Positions 39,444 to 50,002 of a stretch of DNA of 64,000 nucleotides are shown here, piece by piece. The translations under genes and the position numbers were made by a program. Origin of the DNA: Aliihoeflea sp. GTDB taxonomy: Bacteria > Pseudomonadota > Alphaproteobacteria > Rhizobiales > Rhizobiaceae. The stretch is taken from NCBI GenBank assembly GCA_052435735.1, contig JBQVNB010000004.1:30541-94540 (forward strand), given 5' to 3'. Each line of letters starts with the position of its first letter. Within the stretch, counting starts at the first letter, position 1. Below the pieces are notes generated by a model. It saw nothing but the letters and a program-made list of their open reading frames with translations, made no database searches and was not told the DNA's origin.

Positions 39444-39626
39444 ATGGGCGTCGATGAGATCGTGGCGCGCGGACATGACCGCGAACTCGTCCACCGGGTC
39501 GAGCATCTGCTCTACGTCGCCGAATACAAGCGGCGGCAGGCCGCGCCGGGCGTGAAGATCACGAAAAAGAATTTCGGGCGCGACCGGCGCTACCCGATCA
39601 CCAACCGCTTTCGCGACCGGAGCTGA
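39444..39626 (+). CDS. nadE: NAD+ synthetase C-terminal fragment (same frame, begins ATG directly after the TAG)
   Basis: [58 protein letters not shown] is the conserved C-terminal tail of glutamine-dependent NadE. Positions 37947 and 39444 are in the same reading frame. Confidence 0.8.
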   Translation: MGVDEIVARGHDRELVHRVEHLLYVAEYKRRQAAPGVKITKKNFGRDRRYPITNRFRDRS

Positions 39627-39633
39627 GCACGAA

Positions 39634-41007
39634 ATGACCGTCACCGTCCGCTTTGCGCCGTCGCCGACCGGCCATATCCATATCGGCAATACGCGCACGG
39701 CGCTGTTCAACTGGCTCTTCGCCCGAAAGGCCGAGGGCCGGTTCATCCTTCGGTTCGACGACACGGACGTGGCGCGGTCGAAGCAGGAATATGCCGACCA
39801 GATTCAGAAGGACCTCTTCTGGCTCGGCATCAAGCCCGACGTGACGGTGCACCAGTCGGCCCGCTTCGCGACCTATGACGCGGCCGTCGAGACGTTGAAG
39901 GCGAAGGGCCTGCTCTATCCCTGCTACGAGACGGCGGACGAGCTGGAGCGCAAGCGCAAGCTGCGCCTGACGCGGCGCCTGCCGCCGGTCTATGGCCGCG
40001 AGGCGCTGAAGCTGACGGCGGATGAGAAGGCGGCGATCGAGGCCGAAGGCCGCATGCCGCACTGGCGTTTCCTGCTACCGAATTTCGAGGCCGACCCGTT
40101 CGCGCCGCATCGCACCGAAGTCCATTGGGACGACGTCGTGCGCGGGCCGCAGACTGTCGATCTCGCTTCGATGTCCGATCCGGTGCTGGTGCGCGAGGAC
40201 GGCACTTATCTCTACACGCTTCCCTCGGTCGCCGACGACATCGAGATGGGCGTGACGCACGTCATCCGCGGCGACGACCACGTCACGAACACCGGCGCGC
40301 AGATCGCGCTCTTCAAGGCGTTGGGCGGCGTGCCGCCCGGCTTCGGCCACCACAATCTCCTGACGACGAGCACGGGCGAAGGGCTGTCGAAGCGCACCGG
40401 GTCGCTGTCGATCAAGGGCCTTCGCGAAGCCGGCATCGAGCCGCTGGCGATCGCATCGCTGGCGGTGCTGATCGGAACGTCGGAGAATGTAGCGGCCGTC
40501 CACTCGCTTGACGAACTCGCCGACCGATTCGACCCGGCCGCGACGTCGAAATCGGCGGCCAAGTTCGATCCGGCCGATCTCGACGGGCTCAATCGCGACG
40601 TGCTGCACGCCATGCCGTTTGCGACGGCTAAGTCGCGGCTGGCCGAACTCGGCATCGATGGCGACAAGGCAGAGCCGTTCTGGCTGGCCCTGCGTGGCAA
40701 TCTCGACCGGTTCGAACAGGCGCATGAGTGGTGGGCGATCCTGTCGCCGAAGGGTCGGCCTTCCTATGCCGCGCCGGACGAAGACCGTGAATTCTTGAAA
40801 CAGGCCTTTGCCGAACTCCCGGTCGAGCCGTGGGGCCAGATGACGTGGAAAATCTGGACCGACCGCGTCAAGCAGGTGACGGGCCGCAAGGGCAGGGCGC
40901 TCTTCATGCCGCTTCGGCTGGCGCTTACCGGCCGGGAATCCGGCCCGGAGCTCGCAAATCTATTGCCGCTTCTGGGGCGGGAAGAAAGCTTGGCCCGACG
41001 ACCCTGA
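39634..41007 (+). CDS. gltX: glutamate--tRNA ligase
   Basis: [25 protein letters not shown] (HIGH motif), LSKR (KMSKS-like), 457 aa. Confidence 0.9.
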   Translation: MTVTVRFAPSPTGHIHIGNTRTALFNWLFARKAEGRFILRFDDTDVARSKQEYADQIQKDLFWLGIKPDVTVHQSARFATYDAAVETLKAKGLLYPCYETADELERKRKLRLTRRLPPVYGREALKLTADEKAAIEAEGRMPHWRFLLPNFEADPFAPHRTEVHWDDVVRGPQTVDLASMSDPVLVREDGTYLYTLPSVADDIEMGVTHVIRGDDHVTNTGAQIALFKALGGVPPGFGHHNLLTTSTGEGLSKRTGSLSIKGLREAGIEPLAIASLAVLIGTSENVAAVHSLDELADRFDPAATSKSAAKFDPADLDGLNRDVLHAMPFATAKSRLAELGIDGDKAEPFWLALRGNLDRFEQAHEWWAILSPKGRPSYAAPDEDREFLKQAFAELPVEPWGQMTWKIWTDRVKQVTGRKGRALFMPLRLALTGRESGPELANLLPLLGREESLARRP

Positions 41008-41278
41008 CCGGCGGCTGGTCGGCAAGGTCACGCAATTCGGCTTCGATGACCGGCGCGGCGGCGACGGTAGGCCGCTTGTAGGCATCGGCCATGGACGCGC
41101 CGATCACGACGAGGCTGCCGTTCGAGATCATCGCACGCATTCGCGACGGCTGGCCCTTGCAACTCGCGTCGTGAAATGACGGCGAAACCCGTTGGCAGGC
41201 GAATGCCGGCTGCGCGGCGAACGTCATTGCAAGGCAGGCCGCCGAAATAGGGAATCGCAATTTCACCGCATGGATCAT
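40925..41278 (-). CDS. hypothetical small secreted protein (117 aa), tentative
   Basis: Last 117 codons of track ORF 40925..42889. [27 protein letters not shown] looks like a Sec signal peptide. Starts 23 nt after the maeB stop, and the last 83 nt are antisense to the gltX 3' end. Confidence 0.35.
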   Translation of the reverse strand: MIHAVKLRFPISAACLAMTFAAQPAFACQRVSPSFHDASCKGQPSRMRAMISNGSLVVIGASMADAYKRPTVAAAPVIEAELRDLADQPPVRVVGPSFLPAPEAAIDLRAPGRIPGR

Positions 41279-41301
41279 GCCCGACGGATAGCGTGCCACG
41301 G

Positions 41302-43620
41302 TTAATCCGCCGTTGCCGCGCTGGCCGTCTGGCTCGCCTCGACGACCGCCAGCGCCGTCATGTTGACGACGCCGCGCGAGGTGACCGACGGCGTCAGGAT
41401 ATGAGCCGGTCGCGACGTTCCGAGCAGGATCGGACCGACATGAAGCGAATCGGTCATCGCCTTGATCGTGTTGAGCGCGATGTTCGCCGCATCGAGATTC
41501 GGGAAAACGAGAAGATTGGCCTCTCCGGTCAGGCGCGAATGCGGAAAGACGCGGTTGCGCAACGGTTCGGACAGTGCGGAATCGCCATGCATTTCGCCAT
41601 CGGCGATGAGGTCGGGCGCAAGCCGGTGAAGGATTTCCGCGGCCTGGCGCATCTTGAGAGCGCTTGCCGAATCGCGCGAGCCGAAATTGGAATGGGAAAG
41701 AAGCGCAGCCTTGGGCTCGATGCCGAAGCGACGAATCTCCGTTGCGGCGAGGATCGTCATCTCGGCGATGTCGTCGGCGCAGGGGTCGACGGTCACATAG
41801 GTGTCGGTGAAGAAGGTCACGCCGCGCTGCGAAATCAGCATCGACAGCGCCGAAAGGTCTGCGACCTCCGGCCGTCTGCCGATGATCAGTTCGACGTTGC
41901 GAAGATGGCGCTCGAAACGACCCTCGAGCCCGCAGATCATCGCGTCGGCCTCGCCGCGCATCATGGCAAGCGCAGCGATGACCGTGTTGTTGGTGCGTAC
42001 CATCGTCCGCGCGGCTTCGGTGGTGACGCCGCGGCGGCCGCCAAGCCGGATCAGAAGATCGACATAGTCGCGGTAGCGCGGATCGTCTTCCGGATTGATG
42101 ATCTCGAAGTCCGTCTGGGGCCTGATCTTGAGGCCGTAGCGCACCAGCCGCGTCTCGATGACGGCTGGACGGCCGATCAGGATCGGCCGGGCGATCTTTT
42201 CCTCCAGCACGACCTGCGCGGCGCGCAGGACGCGCTCGTCTTCGCCATCCGAATAGATGACGCGGTTCGTCGTCGCGTTCCGAGCCGCGGCGAAGACCGG
42301 CTTCATCACCAGGCCGGAACGGAAGACGAAACGTGTCAGCCGATCGACATAGACGCCCATGTCCTCGATCGGACGCGTCGCGACGCCGGTTTCCATCGCT
42401 GCGCGGGCGACGGCCGGCGCGATGCGCAGGATGAGGCGCGGATCGAAGGGCGAGGGGATGAGAAAGTCGGGGCCAAAGATCGGCGTCTCGCCCGAATAGG
42501 CCCGGGCGGCGACATCGGACGGTTCCTCGCGGGCGAGCGCAGCGATAGCGCGCACGGCGGCCATTTTCATCGGCTCGTTGATCGCCGTCGCGCCGACATC
42601 GAGCGCGCCGCGGAAGATGTAGGGGAAGCAGAGGACGTTGTTGACCTGGTTCGGGAAGTCCGAACGGCCGGTACAGATCATCGCATCGGGACGCGCCGCC
42701 CGGGCGAGTTCCGGCATGATCTCCGGCGTCGGATTGGCAAGCGCCAGGATCAGCGGCCGCTCGGCCATATCCGCCAGGAGTTCGGGTTTGAGGACACCGG
42801 CGGCCGAAAGGCCGAGGAAGACGTCCGCACCGCCGATGACGTCGGCGAGCGAGCGCGCGTTGGTGTCCTTGAGATAAGGCTCCTTCCAACGGTCCATCTC
42901 CTCGACGCGGCCCTTGTAGGCGACGCCGTGCCGGTCGGTGATCCAGATGTTGTCGCGGCTGGCGCCGAGCTCGACGAGCAGATTGAGGCAGGCGAGCGCC
43001 GCCGCGCCGGCGCCGGAGGTGACGATCTTGACCTCGCCGATCGCCTTGCCAGCCAATTCGAGCGCGTTGAGGACGGCGGCGGCGACGATGATAGCCGTGC
43101 CGTGCTGGTCGTCATGGAAGACAGGGATCTTCATCCGCGCCTTCAACTGCTCCTCGACCTCGAAGCATTCGGGCGCCTTGATGTCCTCGAGATTGATGCC
43201 GCCGAAAGTCGGCTCGAGCGCCGAGACGGTCTCCACCATGCGCGCGATCTCGGGGGCGTCAATCTCGATGTCGAAGACGTCGATTCCGGCGAACTTCTTG
43301 AAGAGCACGGCCTTGCCCTCCATCACCGGCTTGGAGGCCAGCGGTCCGATATTGCCGAGCCCGAGCACCGCCGACCCGTTGGAGATGACGGCGACGAGGT
43401 TCGAGCGGGCAGTGTAGTCGGCGGCGAGCGCCGGGTTTTCGTGGATGGCAAGGCAGGGCGCGGCGACGCCGGGCGAATAGGCGAGCGCGAGGTCGCGCTG
43501 GTTGCCGAGCGGCTTCGTCGCTTGGATTTCCAGCTTACCGGGCGCCGGGTAGCGATGGTAGAAAAGCGCCGCCTCGTCGAGGTCCGCCGGCGGTGCTTTC
43601 GTCGTCTCGACATCCATCAT
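41302..43620 (-). CDS. maeB: NADP-dependent malic enzyme (malic enzyme + phosphotransacetylase-like domain)
   Basis: Track ORF trimmed to [45 protein letters not shown], then a PTA-like C-terminal half. 772 aa. Confidence 0.92.
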   Translation of the reverse strand: MMDVETTKAPPADLDEAALFYHRYPAPGKLEIQATKPLGNQRDLALAYSPGVAAPCLAIHENPALAADYTARSNLVAVISNGSAVLGLGNIGPLASKPVMEGKAVLFKKFAGIDVFDIEIDAPEIARMVETVSALEPTFGGINLEDIKAPECFEVEEQLKARMKIPVFHDDQHGTAIIVAAAVLNALELAGKAIGEVKIVTSGAGAAALACLNLLVELGASRDNIWITDRHGVAYKGRVEEMDRWKEPYLKDTNARSLADVIGGADVFLGLSAAGVLKPELLADMAERPLILALANPTPEIMPELARAARPDAMICTGRSDFPNQVNNVLCFPYIFRGALDVGATAINEPMKMAAVRAIAALAREEPSDVAARAYSGETPIFGPDFLIPSPFDPRLILRIAPAVARAAMETGVATRPIEDMGVYVDRLTRFVFRSGLVMKPVFAAARNATTNRVIYSDGEDERVLRAAQVVLEEKIARPILIGRPAVIETRLVRYGLKIRPQTDFEIINPEDDPRYRDYVDLLIRLGGRRGVTTEAARTMVRTNNTVIAALAMMRGEADAMICGLEGRFERHLRNVELIIGRRPEVADLSALSMLISQRGVTFFTDTYVTVDPCADDIAEMTILAATEIRRFGIEPKAALLSHSNFGSRDSASALKMRQAAEILHRLAPDLIADGEMHGDSALSEPLRNRVFPHSRLTGEANLLVFPNLDAANIALNTIKAMTDSLHVGPILLGTSRPAHILTPSVTSRGVVNMTALAVVEASQTASAATAD

Positions 43621-43806
43621 GGCTCGCCCATCCTTGCTCGTCTTCTTTTCGTTTTTCGATAGCCCGCGCGGTCGTCGCAAATCGTTCGCCGCCGCCATGC
43701 CGAAATCGGCGCCAACCTATCGCCAGCCACCCTCGAAAGACAACCGTCATATGGCTGTGATCTGACTCACGCCATAGAGCGGACGACGCAATGACGAGGG
43801 CAATGC

Positions 43807-44616
43807 ATGACCGCCACTCCGCGCCGCTTTCGCACGCTCTTCATCTCCGACTTGCATCTGGGGTCGAAGCCCGCCAAGGCCGACTATCTGATCGACTTTC
43901 TGCGCCATCACGAGGCGGGCCGAATCTACCTCGTGGGCGACATCGTCGACGGTTGGCGGCTGAAGCGCTCCTGGCATTGGCCGCAGGCGCATAACGACGT
44001 CGTCCAGAAGTTTCTTCGCCAGGCGCGAAAGGGCTGCCGCATCACATACATCGCCGGCAATCACGACGAGTTCCTGCGCAATTTCCAGGGAACGCATTTC
44101 GGCGGCATCGTCGTTGCCGACCGCGCGATCCACGAGGCGGCGGACGGGCGGCGTTATCTGGTCATCCACGGTGACCAGTTCGATGCCGTCGTCCACAACT
44201 ATCGCTGGCTCGCCACGCTCGGCGACAAGGCCTACGACGCTGCCATCGTCGTCGGCCGCGTCATCGCCCGGCTGCGCCGCCTGGCGAACCTGCCCTACTG
44301 GTCCTTCTCGTCCTGGGCGAAGCTGAGGGTCAAGAAGGCGGTGAACTTCATCAGCGCGTTTCAGGAAGTGCTCGCCGAGGAGGCGCGGCGTTCGGGCGTG
44401 GACGGCGTGATCTGCGGCCACATCCACCATGCGGTGATCGAGGAGGTTGGCGGCGTTCGTTACATAAACACCGGCGACTGGGTCGAAAGCTGCACGGCCG
44501 TCGCCGAGCATTTCGACGGCACGTTTGAGATCATCCACTGGGCAAGGGCAGGCGAGATCGCAGCGCCGGTCCTCGTCGCTGTCGATGTCGGCGCGGCTGT
44601 GGCGAAGGCCGCGTGA
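43807..44616 (+). CDS. UDP-2,3-diacylglucosamine diphosphatase-like metallophosphoesterase (LpxH family)
   Basis: LFISDLHLGS, YLVGDIVDGW, AGNHDEF, HGDQFD, CGHIHH calcineurin-like motifs. Confidence 0.8.
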   Translation: MTATPRRFRTLFISDLHLGSKPAKADYLIDFLRHHEAGRIYLVGDIVDGWRLKRSWHWPQAHNDVVQKFLRQARKGCRITYIAGNHDEFLRNFQGTHFGGIVVADRAIHEAADGRRYLVIHGDQFDAVVHNYRWLATLGDKAYDAAIVVGRVIARLRRLANLPYWSFSSWAKLRVKKAVNFISAFQEVLAEEARRSGVDGVICGHIHHAVIEEVGGVRYINTGDWVESCTAVAEHFDGTFEIIHWARAGEIAAPVLVAVDVGAAVAKAA

Positions 44617-44617
44617 C

Positions 44618-45601
44618 CTAGCCCCAGAGCGCCGGATCGGGAGGCGAGACAAGCGAGCCCGTATAAGCAAGGGCCGGCGCACGGTCTTTGGCAAGCAGAA
44701 GCGGTCCGTCGAGGTCGACGTAATCGGCATCCTGCGCCAGCAGGACCGCAGGCGCCATCGCCAGCGACGTTCCCACCATGCAGCCCACCATGACGCCGAA
44801 GCCGAGCGAACGCGCGCGGTCGCGCAGGATGATCGCAGACGTAAGCCCGCCGGTCTTGTCGAGCTTGATGTTTACGGCATCGTAAAGCCCGAGAAGCTGT
44901 TCCAGATCATCCGGTCCGTGGACGCTCTCATCGGCGCAGATCGGGACCGGGTGAGGGATCGAGCGCAAGATCTCGTCCTTGCCCTGCGGCAGCGGCTGCT
45001 CGATGAGCGAGACCTTGAACTCCGCCGCCACGAGCATGTGCTCGCGGATGTTTTCCGGCGTCCAGCCTTCATTGGCGTCGAGGATGATGCGGCTGTTCGG
45101 GGCGGAACTCGCAACCGCATGGATGCGCGCTCGGTCGTCCTCGGTCCCGACCTTGACCTTGAGCAAGGGGCGGAACGCATTGGAGCGCGCCTGCGCCGCC
45201 ATTTCGTCCGGTGTTCCCAGCGAGATCGTCAAGGCGGTGGTCAGGGGACGGGGCGGCATGGCGCAGACGTCCGAATGCGCGCGTCGGCCGCCGATCTTCG
45301 ATTCGAGATCCCAGAGAGCGCAGTCGACCGCGTTGCGCGCTGCGCCGGCCGGCAAGAGACCGATCACGGCGGTCCGGTCCGCCCCCTCGCGTATCGCCGG
45401 CATGACCGATTCGATCGCGCCACGAACCTGATCGAGACTTTCACCATATCGTGAATAGGGAACGCATTCGCCGCGCCCGGTGTTTTGTCCTTCGGTGATC
45501 GTGCAGGTGACGACTTCCGCCTCGGTCTTCGAACCCCTTGAAATCCTGAAACTCCCGGCGATCGGGAACCGTTCTATCTCGGCAGAAATGTCACGCCGCA
45601 T
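44618..45601 (-). CDS. dipeptide (L-Ala-D/L-Glu) epimerase, enolase superfamily
   Basis: 327 aa. LKVKVG, ILDANEGW, LIEQPL, CADES, NIKLDKTGG metal/acid-base motifs of the MLE subgroup. Confidence 0.82.
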   Translation of the reverse strand: MRRDISAEIERFPIAGSFRISRGSKTEAEVVTCTITEGQNTGRGECVPYSRYGESLDQVRGAIESVMPAIREGADRTAVIGLLPAGAARNAVDCALWDLESKIGGRRAHSDVCAMPPRPLTTALTISLGTPDEMAAQARSNAFRPLLKVKVGTEDDRARIHAVASSAPNSRIILDANEGWTPENIREHMLVAAEFKVSLIEQPLPQGKDEILRSIPHPVPICADESVHGPDDLEQLLGLYDAVNIKLDKTGGLTSAIILRDRARSLGFGVMVGCMVGTSLAMAPAVLLAQDADYVDLDGPLLLAKDRAPALAYTGSLVSPPDPALWG

Positions 45602-45642
45602 GAGGAATTCTCCAGTGCTGAAATCGCGTCCCGGTTGACAAA

Positions 45643-46866
45643 GTGACAGCCGAGAAAATCGTGAGTAAGACTTCCGCCATGTTCAGGAAACGTGGATCGG
45701 AAGCAAGTCAGGCTTCAGCCGAAAGCAATCTGACGCGCCCCTCCGTCGAGTGGCGGGACGAGGGCGGCCGGCTTGTCGCGATGCTCTCCGGCGACTGGGA
45801 CACGCAGACCGTAGCCGCCGTCGACGAGCAGATGCGCGAACTGGAAGACCGGCGTTCGGCGCAGCGTCTTTCGATCGACGTTTCGCGCGTCGGCCGCATG
45901 GACACCGCCGGCGCCTGGCTGATCGAGCGCCTCGCGCATGCCCATCGCAGCCGCGGGGCCGAGGTCGCCATGTCCGGCCAGACCGAATCGCTCGGCATCC
46001 TGTTCGATGCGGTCGGCGAGGCGTTGCGCAAGCCGGTCGAGCCCCGGACCGACGACCGTACCTCGATCTTCCTGCGCCCCATCGAGGGGCTGGGAAAGGC
46101 GATGTACAGCCTTCGCGGGGATTTCCTCGCATCGATGCACATTCTGGGCGCAACCATCCGCGGCGGTCAGTTGAAGCTCGGACGCGGCCATTCGGTAAAC
46201 CTCGCCGCGATCTTCAACCAGATCGACCGGATGGGCGTGGGCGCCATCCCCGTCGTCGTCCTGATGTCCTTCATCGTCGGCGCCATCGTCGCCCAGCAGG
46301 GCGCCTTCCAGCTTCGCTATTTCGGCGCCGAAATCTTCGTCGTCGATCTCGTGGGCATTCTCGTTTTGCGCGAGATGGGCGTGCTGTTGACCGCGATCAT
46401 GGTCGCCGGTCGCTCTGGCAGCGCCATCACGGCCGAAATCGGCTCGATGAAGATGCGCGAGGAGGTCGATGCGCTGACGGTCATCGGCCTCAATCCGGTC
46501 GGCGTCCTCGTCTTTCCGCGACTGGTCGCGCTGGTGATCGCGCTGCCCTGCCTGACGGTACTCGCCAATTTCGCGGCCATCGGCGGCGCGATGACGGTCA
46601 CCTGGGTCTATTCGGGCATCACGCCGGATGCGTTTCTCGACCGCATGCGCGCGTCGATCGACATCGGCACCATCATGGCCGGCCTGATCAAGGCGCCGTT
46701 CATGGCGCTGATCATCGGCATCATCGGGTCCGTCGAGGGGATGAAGGTCGGCGGAAGCGCCGAATCGTTGGGACGGCAGGTCACGACCTCGGTCGTGAAG
46801 TCGATCTTCGTCGTCATCGTGCTGGATGGCCTGTTCGCCATCTTCTACGCCGCGATCAATTTCTGA
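45643..46866 (+). CDS. MlaE-family ABC transporter permease with N-terminal STAS-like domain
   Basis: N-terminal RLVAMLSGDWDTQTV...MDTAGAWLI (STAS-like), then an MlaE core (GVGAIPVVVLMSFIVGAIVAQQG, EIGSMKMREEVDAL). GTG 45643 or ATG 45679. Confidence 0.85.
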   Translation: MTAEKIVSKTSAMFRKRGSEASQASAESNLTRPSVEWRDEGGRLVAMLSGDWDTQTVAAVDEQMRELEDRRSAQRLSIDVSRVGRMDTAGAWLIERLAHAHRSRGAEVAMSGQTESLGILFDAVGEALRKPVEPRTDDRTSIFLRPIEGLGKAMYSLRGDFLASMHILGATIRGGQLKLGRGHSVNLAAIFNQIDRMGVGAIPVVVLMSFIVGAIVAQQGAFQLRYFGAEIFVVDLVGILVLREMGVLLTAIMVAGRSGSAITAEIGSMKMREEVDALTVIGLNPVGVLVFPRLVALVIALPCLTVLANFAAIGGAMTVTWVYSGITPDAFLDRMRASIDIGTIMAGLIKAPFMALIIGIIGSVEGMKVGGSAESLGRQVTTSVVKSIFVVIVLDGLFAIFYAAINF

Positions 46867-46873
46867 GGCCGCA

Positions 46874-47695
46874 ATGAGCGAAGCGACGATCCAGACCGCT
46901 CCGGTCCACCTCCATCCCGCCCCCGGGCGGGACGTGGTGCTGAGCGCGCGCGACGTGACGGTTTCGTTCGGCCGGACCACCGTTCTGGAAAACCTGTCTC
47001 TCGACGTCTATCGCGGCGAAATCCTGGGCTTCATCGGGCCATCGGGCGCCGGCAAGTCGGTTCTCCTGCGCACGGTCCTCGGCCTCAATCGCAAGCAGGC
47101 CGGCACGATCGAACTTTTCGGCGTCGACATCGACAAGGTGACGGACCAGCAGCGCGTCGCCATCGACATGCGCCTCGGCGTCCTTTTCCAGCATGGCGCG
47201 CTTTTCTCGGCGCTGACGGTGAAGGAGAACATCCAGGTCCCGATGCGTGAATATCTCGACCTGCCCAAGCGCCTGATGGACGAGCTGGCGATGCTGAAGC
47301 TCGAACTGGTCGGCCTGAAGCCCGACGCCGCCGACAAGTTTCCCTCCGAGCTGTCAGGCGGCATGATCAAGCGTGCCGCATTGGCGCGGGCGCTCGCGCT
47401 CGATCCCGACATCGTCTTCCTCGACGAGCCGACCTCCGGCCTAGATCCGATCGGCGCGGCCGATTTCGACGAACTGGTCGACAAGCTGCGCAACACGATG
47501 GGGCTGACGGTCTACATGGTCACGCACGACCTCGACAGCCTGTTTTCGGTCTGCGACCGCATCGCCATTCTTGGCAACAAGCAGGTGATGGTCGACGGGA
47601 CCGTCGAAGAATTGATGAACTACGACGAGCCGTGGGTGCAATCCTATTTCCGCGGAAAACGCGCGCGCCAGATCGACATGTCCGCGCGCGGTTGA
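46874..47695 (+). CDS. ABC transporter ATP-binding protein (MlaF-like)
   Basis: Walker A GPSGAGKS, signature LSGGMIKR, Walker B IVFLDEPTSGLD. Track ORF trimmed to MSEATIQ. Confidence 0.9.
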   Translation: MSEATIQTAPVHLHPAPGRDVVLSARDVTVSFGRTTVLENLSLDVYRGEILGFIGPSGAGKSVLLRTVLGLNRKQAGTIELFGVDIDKVTDQQRVAIDMRLGVLFQHGALFSALTVKENIQVPMREYLDLPKRLMDELAMLKLELVGLKPDAADKFPSELSGGMIKRAALARALALDPDIVFLDEPTSGLDPIGAADFDELVDKLRNTMGLTVYMVTHDLDSLFSVCDRIAILGNKQVMVDGTVEELMNYDEPWVQSYFRGKRARQIDMSARG

Positions 47696-47709
47696 ACGAG
47701 AGAATTTGA

Positions 47710-49308
47710 ATGGAAACACGTGCCAATTACGTCACCGTCGGCATCTTCACGCTGGTCGCCATCCTGTCCGCCTTCGCCTTCGTCTACTGGACGGCTGCGG
47801 TCGGCGAGCGCGGCGAGACGGCGCATGTTCGCATCCTCATTCCCGGTTCGGCCTCGGGTCTGGGGCGGGGCAGCGCGATCCTGTTCAACGGCGTGCGTGT
47901 CGGCGACATCCGCCGCGTCTATATCGATCCGCGCAACCCGGCAGCCGCGATCGCCGATGCCGAGATCGACCGGCTGACGCCGATCACCCGCTCGACGCAG
48001 GTCGATGTCGGCCTCGCGGGCCTGACCGGACAGGCAAACATCGAATTACGCGGCGCCAATCTCGACGAACCGAGCCTTCTCGACGAGGCCGACGCCAACA
48101 ACACCGTCGCGGAACTGACGGCCAACCCTTCGGCCGTGACCAATCTTCTGGAGAGCGCCCAGTCGATCTTCCGCCGGGCCGACTCGGTCCTGACGGAGTT
48201 CGAAGGGTTCGCGACGGATGTGCGCGGTCCGCTGGTCGAATCCGCCCGCAACGCACAGCGCTTCTCCGAAGCACTCGGACGCAATGCGGAAGGCATCGAC
48301 ACGTTTCTGGCCAGTGTTTCCGAGCTCTCGGGAACGCTCGCAAGGGTCTCCGGCCAGCTCGAATCGACGCTCGGTGCGGCCGAAACCTTCATCGCCGCCA
48401 TCGATCCCGACCGGATCAACGCGGTCGTTTCGAACGTCGAGGAATTCACCGGTGATCTGCGCGTGGCAGGCGACGGGCTTGCCAACATCATGGCCAATGT
48501 CGATCGCGCGTCTGCGTCCGTCGCCGAACTGACCGCGAGCGCGCAGGGCACGTTCGCGCGCGTCGATGGCGCCGTCGCCAATGTCGAGGCGATCATCGGC
48601 GAGGTCGATCCGCAGGTGATCGGTGAAGTCGTTACCAATTTCTCCGCCGCCAGCGACACAATCCGCCAGGCCGCGGCCGACGTCTCGTCCGTGGCCGAGA
48701 CCGTCAGCGGCCGTTCCGACGATATCGACGCGATCATTTCCGATGCGCGTCTTCTGGGCGAACGGCTCAACCAGGCTTCGCTTCGTGTCGATTCCGTTCT
48801 CGTGCGCGTCGACGACCTGCTCGGCTCGGGGCAGGCCGATGGCGTGATCGCCGATACGCGCGACACGCTGCGCAGCTTCCGCCAGGTCGCCGATACGCTG
48901 AACGAGCGCATCGACAGCCTGCTCGGCTCGGAAGAGACCGAAGGGCTCATCGCGGATGCACGCCAGACGCTCGATGCGTTCCGCGGCATGGCGAACACGA
49001 TCGACGCGCGCGTCGACGACGTGCTGGGCTCTGAAAACACACAAGGTCTGATCGCCGATGCGAGTGCGACGCTTGCCGCCTATCGTCAAGTCGCCAACAC
49101 GCTGAACCAGCAGGTGGGGGTCATTTCGGGTAATCTCTCCCGCTTCACGGGGCAGGGCCTGCGCGAGGTCGACGGACTGGTCCGCGACACGCGCCAGTCG
49201 ATCAACCGCATCGAACGGGCGATCACCGATCTCGAGCGAAATCCGCAGCGCATTCTGGGCGGGGGTGCCGGCGAGGTGCGGCAGTTCGACGGACGCCAGC
49301 GCCGATGA
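47710..49308 (+). CDS. MlaD/MCE family protein with long repeat-containing C-terminal extension
   Basis: N-terminal TM plus MCE domain (METRANYVTVGIFTL...GVRVGDI). The C-terminus carries three tandem 34-aa repeats. Confidence 0.85.
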   Translation: METRANYVTVGIFTLVAILSAFAFVYWTAAVGERGETAHVRILIPGSASGLGRGSAILFNGVRVGDIRRVYIDPRNPAAAIADAEIDRLTPITRSTQVDVGLAGLTGQANIELRGANLDEPSLLDEADANNTVAELTANPSAVTNLLESAQSIFRRADSVLTEFEGFATDVRGPLVESARNAQRFSEALGRNAEGIDTFLASVSELSGTLARVSGQLESTLGAAETFIAAIDPDRINAVVSNVEEFTGDLRVAGDGLANIMANVDRASASVAELTASAQGTFARVDGAVANVEAIIGEVDPQVIGEVVTNFSAASDTIRQAAADVSSVAETVSGRSDDIDAIISDARLLGERLNQASLRVDSVLVRVDDLLGSGQADGVIADTRDTLRSFRQVADTLNERIDSLLGSEETEGLIADARQTLDAFRGMANTIDARVDDVLGSENTQGLIADASATLAAYRQVANTLNQQVGVISGNLSRFTGQGLREVDGLVRDTRQSINRIERAITDLERNPQRILGGGAGEVRQFDGRQRR

Positions 49309-49402
49309 GGGAACCAATCATGTCAAATGACAATTCTAGGGCTGGGTGTGCGCGCGCCGGTTGCATCCGCCTCGCTCAATCCATCATCTCGGGGGTCGAT
49401 CT

Positions 49403-50002
49403 GTGACATTGCGTTTTCGTTTTCTGGCCTTGGCCGGTCTCGCCCTTTCCTTGTCCGGCTGTGCGCTCCTCGGTGGAGGCCCGGCACCGCTCGACACGTT
49501 CGAACTGACCACGACGGCCACCGCTGCCAGCGGTCCGCAGCGCGGCCGGACCCAGATCCTGATCGCCGAACCGACTGCATTGCAGTCGCTCGACGGCCAG
49601 GAAATCGTGATCCGCACGTCGCCCGGCTCGATCGAATATCTGTCCGGCGCGCAATGGTCTGACCGACTGCCGCGCGTCGTGCAGGTGCGCCTGTCCGAGT
49701 CGTTTCAGGCTTCCGGACGTCTCGCCGGCGTCGGGCTGCCGGGCCAGGGGCTGGCGATCGACTACCAGATCGTGACCGAAATCCGCTCCTTCGGCGTTCG
49801 CGTCGACGGCGGAGCGCGGGCCGATGTCGGGCTGTTCGTCAAGGTGCTGAACGATCGCAACGGATCGGTGCGCGCGTCGCGGCTGTTCACCGCGCAGGCG
49901 CCCGTTGCCGGAACAGGCAACGTTGCCTACGCCGCAGCCCTCGACGAGGCGTTCTCGCAGGCGATCAGCGAACTTGTGCCGTGGGCGATTTCGGCTATGT
50001 AG
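49403..50002 (+). CDS. ABC-type transport auxiliary lipoprotein (DUF330 / YmbA-like)
   Basis: GTG start with lipobox LALSLSGC. Positioned as the 4th gene of the Mla/MCE cluster. Track ORF 49346..50002 trimmed. Confidence 0.75.
   Translation: MTLRFRFLALAGLALSLSGCALLGGGPAPLDTFELTTTATAASGPQRGRTQILIAEPTALQSLDGQEIVIRTSPGSIEYLSGAQWSDRLPRVVQVRLSESFQASGRLAGVGLPGQGLAIDYQIVTEIRSFGVRVDGGARADVGLFVKVLNDRNGSVRASRLFTAQAPVAGTGNVAYAAALDEAFSQAISELVPWAISAM

Noticed and set aside
40925-42889. 654-aa minus-strand ORF overlapping maeB.
   Set aside because: Most of it is an out-of-frame shadow of maeB. Only the terminal 117 codons downstream of the maeB stop were kept, as a tentative small ORF.
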